Shown in pieces: positions 1 through 8,494 of a DNA stretch of 64,000 nt. The notes below the pieces were generated by a model. It was not told the origin of the DNA. It was given only the letters and a program-made list of their open reading frames with translations, and did no database searches. The DNA comes from a virus, in IMG/VR virus record IMGVR_UViG_3300043449_002688, positions 32,001-96,000 of that record; one strand, written 5' to 3'. A program made the position numbers and the translations under genes. Position 1 is the stretch's first letter. Each line of letters starts with the position of its first letter.

Positions 1-401
1 TTTTTATGAATAGAAATTGAACCGTCTCCCAAATAACTGCCTAAGATATATTGTTCTGAATCGCCTAAATATTCTGGAGAAAATGAACTTTTTTTATCAT
101 TAACATTTCCTAGTATAAAATGTTTTTTTGTAAGATCCCCAGCTTTTACCCAACCTAAATTTGTTAATATTTTATGATCAGAAGTGCAAGAAAAGGTGGA
201 ATTTGAACACCTTACTTTTACCATATTATCTTTTTTTTCTCTTTTCCACGTATTAGTTATTGTTTTATATTCAAATTTTTTTTCTATTTCGTTAAAAGAT
301 AAAACTTTAGGAAGAGGTTTGCCTTTAATAAAATTATTATGCAATGTGCTTATTCTTATTGGGCCTTTTTCTGTTGCTATTTTTGTATCATAAGGAAAGC
401 A
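1..401 (-). mobile_element. Intein (N-terminal part) with LAGLIDADG endonuclease, inserted in helicase Walker B
   Basis: After WDE: CFPYDTKIATEKG (block A), CTSDHKILTNLGW (block B TxxH), ILGSYLGDGSI (LAGLIDADG block C). Confidence 0.88.
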
Positions 402-1088
402 TTCGTCCCATATTAAAACGTCTGTTTTGGTTAAATTATTCCATTGCTCTGAACCTTCTTCAACTCTTACTAAAGCTTGAGCTGTAGCAACAGTAAACAA
501 TTTGTCTATCTCTTTTTTACCATCACCATACTTACCAATATATTTTTTACCAAAAAGTTTAATAAATTCTTTGTAAAGTTGATCTGTAATTGAGGCAGAT
601 GGCGTAGCAATTATTGTTTTAAGGCCTAATCTTTTACAGAGTTCATAAATTATCCGACTTTTGCCTGAACCTGTAGGCAATTCAATTGCTCCATGACGCG
701 CTTTTATAAGCTCTTCAACTGCTTCGCTTTGATAATCTCTTAAGAGTTTAGGTTGAGATGCCCAAGGAATTAGTTTACCTTCATCCAATTTATTTAAATT
801 ATTGGTTAAATCCCAGTGAAATCTATTTTGTAAATCTTTATAAAGACCAGAATAAGTATATGGGTTGCCGGAATCATCATAAAACAACAAACATTTTTGC
901 ATTTCAGACTTAAGTTGATCAAGCCTTTGATTAAAGCTATCTGGATCTGAATTTGCCCAACGATAATTTTGTTTTAATTTTTTAATTTGATAATCAACGC
1001 CGCGATCTCTAAATGTAAGAAAATTTTTTACTTCTTCTGAATCAGAAGGAAGATAAATCTTTGAAAAATCCATAAAAGACAATTTCAT
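1..1088 (-). CDS. Superfamily 2 (UvsW/Res-like DExH) helicase with intein, truncated by window edge
   Basis: Manual translation from ATG at 1088: MKLSFMDFSK...LRDYQSEAV (Q motif)...ELPTGSGKS (Walker A)...VLIWDE (Walker B), then intein sequence; ORF open to position 1; absent from the supplied ORF track. Confidence 0.9.
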   Translation of the reverse strand, partial: MKLSFMDFSKIYLPSDSEEVKNFLTFRDRGVDYQIKKLKQNYRWANSDPDSFNQRLDQLKSEMQKCLLFYDDSGNPYTYSGLYKDLQNRFHWDLTNNLNKLDEGKLIPWASQPKLLRDYQSEAVEELIKARHGAIELPTGSGKSRIIYELCKRLGLKTIIATPSASITDQLYKEFIKLFGKKYIGKYGDGKKEIDKLFTVATAQALVRVEEGSEQWNNLTKTDVLIWDECFPYDTKIATEKGPIRISTLHNNFIKGKPLPKVLSFNEIEKKFEYKTITNTWKREKKDNMVKVRCSNSTFSCTSDHKILTNLGWVKAGDLTKKHFILGNVNDKKSSFSPEYLGDSEQYILGSYLGDGSISIHK

Positions 1089-1188
1089 ACCCCGATTGTC
1101 TCAAATTTTACATGTAAATGCAATAATTTATTGATGTTTTATTAATGTTTTTAAATAAAAATTGCCGGCGGCGTCTGTTTACGTATTA

Positions 1189-1278
1189 AATATGTCACCT
1201 TAGTAAACTAATAACATTCTGTAGTAATTACATTCAATATTACTAACGTAGTTAAATAGATTACTAAAGTGACATATT
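1189..1278. repeat. Nested imperfect inverted repeat in a divergent intergenic region (candidate origin or operator)
   Basis: 1189-1210 AATATGTCACCTTAGTAAACTA vs 1257-1278 TAGATTACTAAAGTGACATATT (20/22 complementary); inner TAGTAAT 1222-1228 / ATTACTA 1239-1245. Confidence 0.7.
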
Positions 1279-1293
1279 CTTTCCTTTTACAGG

Positions 1294-2169
1294 ATGATTA
1301 TCCAGAAACAGCTCGCGCCCGACAAAAAAATATGTTACTGTTTAAATATGAGAACAATTAAAATAGCTAAAAAAGCGATATTTGATATATCGCATTATGA
1401 CGATAGGCATATAAAACGATCTGACTGGGAAAACCCTCCAAACTTTAGTAATCTCAAAAAAGCAAAAGATGTTTTTAAAACAAAAAAACACATTAATTAC
1501 CAGAAGTTATATACATTGCTTATAGCTAGAAGTAATGAATTAAAAGGTGATACTAAAGTTTCAAACGAAAATGTTGCTAAAATTTTAAAAATTTCAGTTA
1601 GACAAGTAATTAGATGTTTTCAGTTTTTAGAAAAACATAGGTTGATTTCTTCTATTAAAAAATGTTATAATTTCAATGGAAAATACAAGACAGTTAGAAT
1701 TATAAGGGTTTGGCTTACTTATTATAAGCACAAGTGTCGTCCAACCTATGAAAAAGTGTTTAAAAATGATATTCGTCCAGGCAAAGAAAAAGACGAACAA
1801 ATTTCTAGAAAAATTCCATTAAAGTTTAGGGTTTGGGGTAACTTTGTACCTAAAGCTCCTTGTAAATTTAAAAAAGAATTTGTTCCAATGAAAAAAATGG
1901 ACTACAGTTGGTTAAATTTAACAAAGCAAGGTTATATCAACAACGATATGAATATTGCTATTAACCAAATAGAAACAATAGCTTCTGACGTTAACATGAG
2001 AAAAAACATTTATAGTATTGTTGGGTACAATAAAGATTTTCTTATTTATAAAAACACCGGAATTAAGAAATCTGATAAATACAAAAAGAATTTTTCAGTA
2101 AAAGAAGAAACAAAATTTTTAAAGCAAAAATTTGAGCACTGGAGGGAAAATGGGCCTATTTCAAACTAA
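1294..2169 (+). CDS. Winged-HTH protein, phage replication-initiator-like
   Basis: LYTLLI...VSNENVAKILKISVRQVIRCFQFLEKHRLI resembles HTH_36-type initiator N-domain; very basic; true start may be ATG 1348. Confidence 0.55.
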   Translation: MIIQKQLAPDKKICYCLNMRTIKIAKKAIFDISHYDDRHIKRSDWENPPNFSNLKKAKDVFKTKKHINYQKLYTLLIARSNELKGDTKVSNENVAKILKISVRQVIRCFQFLEKHRLISSIKKCYNFNGKYKTVRIIRVWLTYYKHKCRPTYEKVFKNDIRPGKEKDEQISRKIPLKFRVWGNFVPKAPCKFKKEFVPMKKMDYSWLNLTKQGYINNDMNIAINQIETIASDVNMRKNIYSIVGYNKDFLIYKNTGIKKSDKYKKNFSVKEETKFLKQKFEHWRENGPISN

Positions 2170-3925
2170 TAAACCTAAATCAGCTTCAAAGGTAATGATT
2201 CCATCAAGCCAAAAACTTGAGAACGAAGTTTTAACAACATTAAACCATATTGCTGAAATGGTAGGGGTTACATTAGGCCCAGGCGGAAAACAAGTTCTTA
2301 TTGAAAGACCAGAAATTGGAATGAAGCCTATTATGACTAAAGATGGAGTTACAGTTATTAAACATCTTGGTTATGAAGAAGCTACAAAACAGCTTATTCT
2401 TGAGGCAGCTAGAGATGCAGCTATTCGAACAGCAAACGAAGCTGGAGATGGAACAACAACTGCTACTATTCTTTCTAATAGTATTGCTCAAGCAGCAGCT
2501 TCGGTAGTAAAAGCAAACCCAAAACTCAGTCCTCAAAAAATAGTAAGGGAAATGCAAAAACTGGTTCCATATCTTACAAAAAAAATTGAATCTTACAAAA
2601 TTGATGTAGATGGCGAAAATTACGATGACGTTTTACTTAAAGTAGCTACGCTTTCTGCTAACGGAGATTCAGAGCTTGCTTCATCTATCGTCAAAGGTCT
2701 TGATTTAGTTGGAGAAGAAGGAGATATGACAATTGTTGAATCTCAAGGTCCAAGCAAATATGAAATTAATCGCATCAATGGATATACTGTTGAAAGAGGA
2801 TATGAAGAATCTTGTCGTAATTTTGCTAATGGCTTTATCAATGATAAAAGCGGAACAATGGTTGTTCTTGAAAAACCAATTTTTATTTTATACGATGGCA
2901 TTTTAAATGACATGTCTCAAGTTTTTGAACCTCTTACTCGCTTAAACGAACATTTTAATGAAATTAAATCTGATTCTAAAAATGTTGTAATTGTTGCTCA
3001 TGGTTTTTCTGAAATAGTGTTAGGCGATTTGCATACGAATTGGAATCATCCTCAAACTACAATTAAAATGTATCCAATGTTGACGCCAGAAAGAGCTATT
3101 CAGAATTGGAGGACTAATTTCCTTTATGATCTTCAGGCTTATACTGGAACTCCTGTTTTTAACCCAATAGATAAACCTATCGTAGATATGGACCCTCAAA
3201 TTTTGGTAGAAAATAATCGCGTTACTAGAGTAGAAGTATCTCGATACAAATCAATGATTTTTGCAAACGAAGATCAAGAAGCTATTTCAATTAGAGTAGA
3301 GGAATTGCGACTACAAAAACAAAATCCAGAATCAGAATATGAACTAAATGATCTTAATGTTCGTATTGGAAAGCTAACCTCTGGTATCGTTCGCTTAATT
3401 ATTTCTGGCCCATCTGCTGGCGAAACCAGAGAAAAAAGAGATAGAGCAGATGACGCATGGATGGCGATTAAGGGAGCAATTAATTATGGAGCTGTTCCTG
3501 GCGGTGGGTATGTATTAGTACGTTTAGCTGCAGACTTATCAGTAACCTCATCTAAGATGCCGATTGGAACAACAAGATATGCTACTGAAATTTTATCTTT
3601 AGCATTATTAGCGCCAGTAGAAACTCTTTATAGAAATTATGGCTATAATGAAGAAGAAATTGGCCAACAAATAACAGCCATCTTAAATAATGATTCCCAG
3701 GCTTTTGATGTTTCTGAACAAGAATGGGTAGATAAACATAGCCTTTTAGACTCGCTACCAGCGGTAGTAGAAGCAGTAAGGAACAGTATTTCTATTGCAT
3801 CATTGCTTGGCACTGTTGGAGGTATTGTAGCTTTTAAAAGGGACTATGATTCAGATAAACAAGAAGAAAAGCTTGTTAGACAATTTGAAACGAGTATTGG
3901 TGAAAGAGGAAGCTTAAGGGAATAA
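2150..3925 (+). CDS. groEL: Chaperonin GroEL (phage-encoded)
   Basis: TLGPGG, TKDGVTV, AGDGTTTAT, GAVPGGG motifs; GGAGG before ATG 2150. Confidence 0.95.
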   Translation: MGLFQTNKPKSASKVMIPSSQKLENEVLTTLNHIAEMVGVTLGPGGKQVLIERPEIGMKPIMTKDGVTVIKHLGYEEATKQLILEAARDAAIRTANEAGDGTTTATILSNSIAQAAASVVKANPKLSPQKIVREMQKLVPYLTKKIESYKIDVDGENYDDVLLKVATLSANGDSELASSIVKGLDLVGEEGDMTIVESQGPSKYEINRINGYTVERGYEESCRNFANGFINDKSGTMVVLEKPIFILYDGILNDMSQVFEPLTRLNEHFNEIKSDSKNVVIVAHGFSEIVLGDLHTNWNHPQTTIKMYPMLTPERAIQNWRTNFLYDLQAYTGTPVFNPIDKPIVDMDPQILVENNRVTRVEVSRYKSMIFANEDQEAISIRVEELRLQKQNPESEYELNDLNVRIGKLTSGIVRLIISGPSAGETREKRDRADDAWMAIKGAINYGAVPGGGYVLVRLAADLSVTSSKMPIGTTRYATEILSLALLAPVETLYRNYGYNEEEIGQQITAILNNDSQAFDVSEQEWVDKHSLLDSLPAVVEAVRNSISIASLLGTVGGIVAFKRDYDSDKQEEKLVRQFETSIGERGSLRE

Positions 3926-3927
3926 AA

Positions 3928-4188
3928 ATGGCTTGGTTTTCTTATAAGTGCAAAGAACATGGAATTTTTACAAAATCTTTAGAAAAAAGAGAAAAAACTG
4001 TTTTATGCCCTATTTGCAATCAAAATAGTGTAGCAATTATCAAATCTGGTACAATATCAGTAGTAGAAAAGCTTGATAATGGTGCCATGTCTAGATCTGT
4101 TGAAAGATTGCACAATATTGAAGAAATAATGAACGATAGAGCAGACAACCATGATAAAAAAATGGGAATAACTGAAGAGGAAGATTAA
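3928..4188 (+). CDS. FmdB-like zinc-ribbon protein
   Basis: YKCKEHG...CPIC. Confidence 0.6.
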   Translation: MAWFSYKCKEHGIFTKSLEKREKTVLCPICNQNSVAIIKSGTISVVEKLDNGAMSRSVERLHNIEEIMNDRADNHDKKMGITEEED

Positions 4189-5963
4189 TGTCTTCATATA
4201 GACTAAGCTATATTGAAATAGAAGGATTTCGATCTTTCTTTGAAAGGCAAAGAATAGAATTTCCAGAAAAAGGCATGATTTTAATTTCTGGAAAATATAA
4301 AGGAAATCTTGTTTCTTCTGGAGCAGGAAAATCATCTATTGTAGAAGCTATCGCGTTTGCCTTAGATATATGTGATATTCCCGCTACTGAATTAAAATGT
4401 TGGCATTCAAAATCTTTGTACGTTAAATTAGGAATAACAAACGGAATCGATCTTATTGAAATAGAAAGAACCCCTAAGCTTAATTTAATCATAAATGGTA
4501 GCTCATGGTCAGAACTTTCTCTTGGGGCAAAAGAAAAACTTTACTCTTTACTAGGATTAAGCCCAGAAATCCTTTCTCAAGTATCTTATCGTCAACAAAG
4601 AGAAAAAGGCGTTTTTTTAAATTCAACAGACTCTGAGTTAAAAAAATTCTTAACCAAAACCTTAAAATTAGAACAAATTGAATCGGAAGCTGAATCTTTT
4701 AATAAAAAAGCTACTAATCTTAAAAACAATATCGAAATGTTAAAAAGAGATATCGATAATTTGGAAAGCTTTTTAGCTTCTTCTATTGTTACCGACGAAG
4801 AAATTAATCAAGCTAAAATTTCTTTAGATTTATGTATTGAAAAGCTAAACAGCTTGAATGAACCAAACAGCTTGTTATTTCAAAATGAAATTAATCAATT
4901 AAATTTAGATTTATTTGAAGTACAAAAAAATATTATAAATATTTCTAAAGAAATTGAAAAAATAGAAGATTTAAAAAATAAAATTTTGTTGATAAAAAAC
5001 GAAAATTCTCAGCTTAGAGATCAAATCGTGCTTGGCAATTCTGAGCTTAATAAGCTTAAAAGTAATATTTGTCATACTTGCGAAAGACCTTTTAACGGAG
5101 AAAATCATTCTCATATTGCCGCAGCAAAAGAAACTCAAGTTAACGATATGATAGCTAAAATGAGATTTAACTTAGAGTATATCAAAAACGCAGAAAACGT
5201 ACTAATATCTTTAGATTCTCTAAAATTGCAAAAAGATTCTTATCATAAAAAACAAAATGAGCTAAATTTAAAAAAACATGAAATTACCCTAAAATTAGGG
5301 CAAGCTAATGCTCCATTAGATTTAGCGCTTCAGGCAAAAAATTTTGCGCAATCAAATTACAATACCTTGTTATCTAAAAAGCAAGCTTATGATAATATTG
5401 TTTCTAAAATACAGCTTGCAAAAACACAGTTAAATAAAGAAGAAAAAGATTATTTGATTAATTTTTACTGCGGAAAGACTATAGGCAAAAGCGGATTCTT
5501 GGCTTTTATTTTTGAAGAAACTTTGGTTGGCATTCAAAATCGATCAAACGAAATAATAAAACATATTCCTAATATTGAATCTTTTAATCTTGAAATATCT
5601 ACTACAAAAACTACAAAAACTACAAAAACTACAAAAGAAGAAATTAAAAAAACTATCTTAAAAAATGGTTTTGAGGTATCCTTTAAGAGTCTTTCTGGAG
5701 GTCAACAAGCCGCTATGGAGCTTTGTACCGATTTAGCTGTAGCAAAAGAAATAAAACAAAAGGCTGGGGCTGGAATTGGCTGGATTATGTTGGACGAAGC
5801 AATGGACGGATTGGGATCTGTAGAAAAACAAGCAGCTTTAGAAATAATAAAAGACAAATTTGATGGCCAAATTTTTATTATTGATCATTCTACAGAAATT
5901 AAAGAAGCTTTTACTCAAGTTATTGAGGTAGAATACGATGGAAAATTCTCAAAAATTGCTTAG
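4188..5963 (+). CDS. SbcC/Rad50/gp46-like SMC-family ATPase
   Basis: IEGFRSF, SGAGKSS Walker A, coiled coil with CHTC zinc hook, LSGGQ signature, LDEAMDGL Walker B/D-loop, IDH. Confidence 0.92.
   Translation: MSSYRLSYIEIEGFRSFFERQRIEFPEKGMILISGKYKGNLVSSGAGKSSIVEAIAFALDICDIPATELKCWHSKSLYVKLGITNGIDLIEIERTPKLNLIINGSSWSELSLGAKEKLYSLLGLSPEILSQVSYRQQREKGVFLNSTDSELKKFLTKTLKLEQIESEAESFNKKATNLKNNIEMLKRDIDNLESFLASSIVTDEEINQAKISLDLCIEKLNSLNEPNSLLFQNEINQLNLDLFEVQKNIINISKEIEKIEDLKNKILLIKNENSQLRDQIVLGNSELNKLKSNICHTCERPFNGENHSHIAAAKETQVNDMIAKMRFNLEYIKNAENVLISLDSLKLQKDSYHKKQNELNLKKHEITLKLGQANAPLDLALQAKNFAQSNYNTLLSKKQAYDNIVSKIQLAKTQLNKEEKDYLINFYCGKTIGKSGFLAFIFEETLVGIQNRSNEIIKHIPNIESFNLEISTTKTTKTTKTTKEEIKKTILKNGFEVSFKSLSGGQQAAMELCTDLAVAKEIKQKAGAGIGWIMLDEAMDGLGSVEKQAALEIIKDKFDGQIFIIDHSTEIKEAFTQVIEVEYDGKFSKIA
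5601..5636 (+). repeat. Perfect in-frame tandem repeat (ACTACAAAA)x4 encoding (TTK)4
   Basis: Read directly in sequence. Confidence 0.9.
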
Positions 5964-6369
5964 ATTTAGCTTAAAAGATACAGCTCCATCCGAAGCTTTA
6001 GTTGAATATTTCGATAACTTATATTGGAATAGCTCTTTATATATGTGCCTTGTAAATAACAAAGATAATTCTCCTGGATTATATTTAGAAAAAACTAAAA
6101 ATTATGAAAAAATTATTAGAGTTTTTACTGGAGTAGAAGAAGCTTCTATATATGCAGAAATTGTAGCTGAAAAAGAATCATTGCCGCTTGAATCAGTAAA
6201 AAAATGGGAAATTAAATTTTATGATCTTATAGAATATCTTAATAAGGTTAGTAAAAAATATAAAGAAAATAATAAAACTGTAATTAAAGTTGTTGCATCT
6301 GGAGTTTACGAAGAAAAACTAGTAGAATTAGATGTGTTGTGGACTGACATCGAAAAGTTTATTAATTAG
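5938..6369 (+). CDS. Hypothetical protein
   Basis: ORF packed in operon. Confidence 0.7.
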   Translation: MENSQKLLRFSLKDTAPSEALVEYFDNLYWNSSLYMCLVNNKDNSPGLYLEKTKNYEKIIRVFTGVEEASIYAEIVAEKESLPLESVKKWEIKFYDLIEYLNKVSKKYKENNKTVIKVVASGVYEEKLVELDVLWTDIEKFIN

Positions 6370-6378
6370 AGGGTTTTT

Positions 6379-6603
6379 ATGAAAGCTATGGTTTTAAAAA
6401 ATGATTTTTCTAAGCAATTACAAGATACAAATACAAGTATTTTAGATTTAACTAATCAAATTAAGGCTTTAGAAGTTAAGCGTGAACAATTAAAAGGCGC
6501 TGTATATGCTTTAGAAACTTTAATTAACCTTGAATCAGAGTCAGTTACAGAAAATGCAGAAAAAACAGAACCAACTAATTTTGAGCTAAAAAAAAAGAAA
6601 TAA
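6379..6603 (+). CDS. Hypothetical coiled-coil protein
   Basis: GAGG RBS; heptad pattern. Confidence 0.7.
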   Translation: MKAMVLKNDFSKQLQDTNTSILDLTNQIKALEVKREQLKGAVYALETLINLESESVTENAEKTEPTNFELKKKK

Positions 6604-6622
6604 CCATTGAAGGAGATATTTT

Positions 6623-6934
6623 ATGGGAAGAAAAAAAGGAAGCTCTGCACCTAAAACACCATTTGAAAAATTGGTTGCAAAACTTAAAGAAGTCGATCCG
6701 TATTTTGTTGAATCAATCTATTCTTCCAAAGATGAAGATCTTAATTCAAAATTTGGCTCGCTTGCTAAGCAAATGACTGAAATTGAAAATGCCCGTGACA
6801 ATGACGACGATCTTAAGGCTAAAAAAGAAGAACTTAAGGTTTTAAATGAAACTTACACAGAACCGCTTAAAGCAATTAAAATGAAAAGAAAATTTATCTA
6901 TAAAGTTTTAGAAGAAAGAGGAAAAGTTCCATAA
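6623..6934 (+). CDS. Hypothetical coiled-coil protein
   Basis: AAGGAG RBS. Confidence 0.75.
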   Translation: MGRKKGSSAPKTPFEKLVAKLKEVDPYFVESIYSSKDEDLNSKFGSLAKQMTEIENARDNDDDLKAKKEELKVLNETYTEPLKAIKMKRKFIYKVLEERGKVP

Positions 6935-7513
6935 GTGAAAATACTTGGCTTAGACGTTAGCACTAAAACAGGGTACGCCGTTATGGAAAGCGACGTACTC
7001 ATAGAATATGGACTTCTTAAGTCAGATGCAATTGTATCTGACGAATTAGAAGACTTTTTAATGCTAAAAAGAGCTGAAATTGCATCAAATAAAATTTTAC
7101 AGCTTATTGAAAAACATAAGCCTGATTTTATTTTTTGCGAACAAACAAATGCTGGAAAGTTTCGCGGAAGTCAAAAACAATTAGAATTCATTCATTGCAA
7201 ACTTTTAACAGAAATATTAAACATTAAAATGTCAAAAAAATTTTTTTATGTAGATACATCAAAATGGAGATCAAAATTAGGCGTAAAACTTTCTAAGGAA
7301 CAAAAGAAACATAATAAAAATGTTAAAATTGGAACTTCTAAAGGAAAGATTACACCTAAACATCTTGTTGTTTCTTGGGTAAATGAAAAGTTTAATTTAA
7401 AAATGTTAAAAAAAGATCACGATATTTGCGATGCAATAGCTATTTGCGTTTTTGGTAAACAGGCTACGACTTCAGTTCAAAAATATGACCTAGATAATAT
7501 ACTTAAAAATTAA
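6935..7513 (+). CDS. ruvC: RuvC-like Holliday junction resolvase
   Basis: MKILGLDVSTKTGYA, IFCEQ, DHDICDAIAI acidic catalytic pattern. Confidence 0.85.
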   Translation: MKILGLDVSTKTGYAVMESDVLIEYGLLKSDAIVSDELEDFLMLKRAEIASNKILQLIEKHKPDFIFCEQTNAGKFRGSQKQLEFIHCKLLTEILNIKMSKKFFYVDTSKWRSKLGVKLSKEQKKHNKNVKIGTSKGKITPKHLVVSWVNEKFNLKMLKKDHDICDAIAICVFGKQATTSVQKYDLDNILKN

Positions 7514-7531
7514 ATAACAGCAGGAGTTCTT

Positions 7532-8494
7532 ATGGCTTTGTTAGACACCAGAGAAGTTTATAAGCCTTTTAAGTATCCTCAATTTGAGGAAATTCATAGA
7601 AAATTATATACAAGTTTTTGGCATCCAGATGAAATCTCTCTTAGCGAAGATTTAACGGATTTTAACTTTAAACTTACGGATAACGAAAAAGAGATCGTTT
7701 CTCGTATTTTAAAAAACTTTGTTCAATCTGAAATCCATGTAGGATGTTTTTGGGGAGACTTTGTGTCTTCTTGGTTTAAGCATCCAGAAATTCAAAACAC
7801 ATCTAGATACATTTCTGGTAACGAAACTATACATGCAGTTGCTTATGATTTACTAAACGCGACTCTTGGACTAGAAGAATACGATAAGCTTAAACAAGAT
7901 AAAAAGCTTTATGCCAGAATTGAAATGCTTTCTAAGAAAAAAGCTAAAACTAAAGAAGATATATTAAAACAAATATTTACAATGTCAGTAATGGGAGAAG
8001 GGGTTTGTTTATTTTCTTCTTTTATTACACTGTTTGCTTTTACAAAAAAGAACATTTTAAGAGGATTAGGCCAAATTATTAGCTGGAGCACTTTAGATGA
8101 GCAACTTCATTCTGAAGTAGGTGTTATTCTTTTTAATATTTTAAAAAAAGAATATGATTTATTTGATGAAAAAATGAAAGATGAGCTTTATAAGATAGCA
8201 GAAGAAATTGTAGAAATGGAAATGAGCCTTATTGATAGGGTTTTTGAAGATGCAACTACAGATGTTGTTTCAAAAGAAGCTATTAAAAATTATATTCACA
8301 ATAAAGCTAATAAACAGTTAAAAAAAGTTGGATTAAATAAAAAATTTAAAGTAGATAAAGAACTTTTGAAAGAAACAGATTTTTTTGATATTATGATTAA
8401 CGGAGAATCTGTAGTAGACTTTTTTGCCAATAGAGAAACTAATTACTCTAAAGGTCTTTTAATTTTTGATGATAAGATTTGGAGTAACAAATGA
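7532..8494 (+). CDS. nrdB: Class I ribonucleotide reductase beta subunit
   Basis: YKPFKYP, FWHPDE, ETIHAVAY, EGVCLFSSF, DEQLH, DFF...TNYSK. Confidence 0.95.
   Translation: MALLDTREVYKPFKYPQFEEIHRKLYTSFWHPDEISLSEDLTDFNFKLTDNEKEIVSRILKNFVQSEIHVGCFWGDFVSSWFKHPEIQNTSRYISGNETIHAVAYDLLNATLGLEEYDKLKQDKKLYARIEMLSKKKAKTKEDILKQIFTMSVMGEGVCLFSSFITLFAFTKKNILRGLGQIISWSTLDEQLHSEVGVILFNILKKEYDLFDEKMKDELYKIAEEIVEMEMSLIDRVFEDATTDVVSKEAIKNYIHNKANKQLKKVGLNKKFKVDKELLKETDFFDIMINGESVVDFFANRETNYSKGLLIFDDKIWSNK

Noticed and set aside
184-393. 69-aa + strand ORF
   Set aside because: Antisense to the intein-containing helicase, which has clear motifs on the - strand
624-632. CCTAATCT match on the + strand
   Set aside because: Inside the helicase gene on the non-coding strand with no downstream start nearby; likely chance
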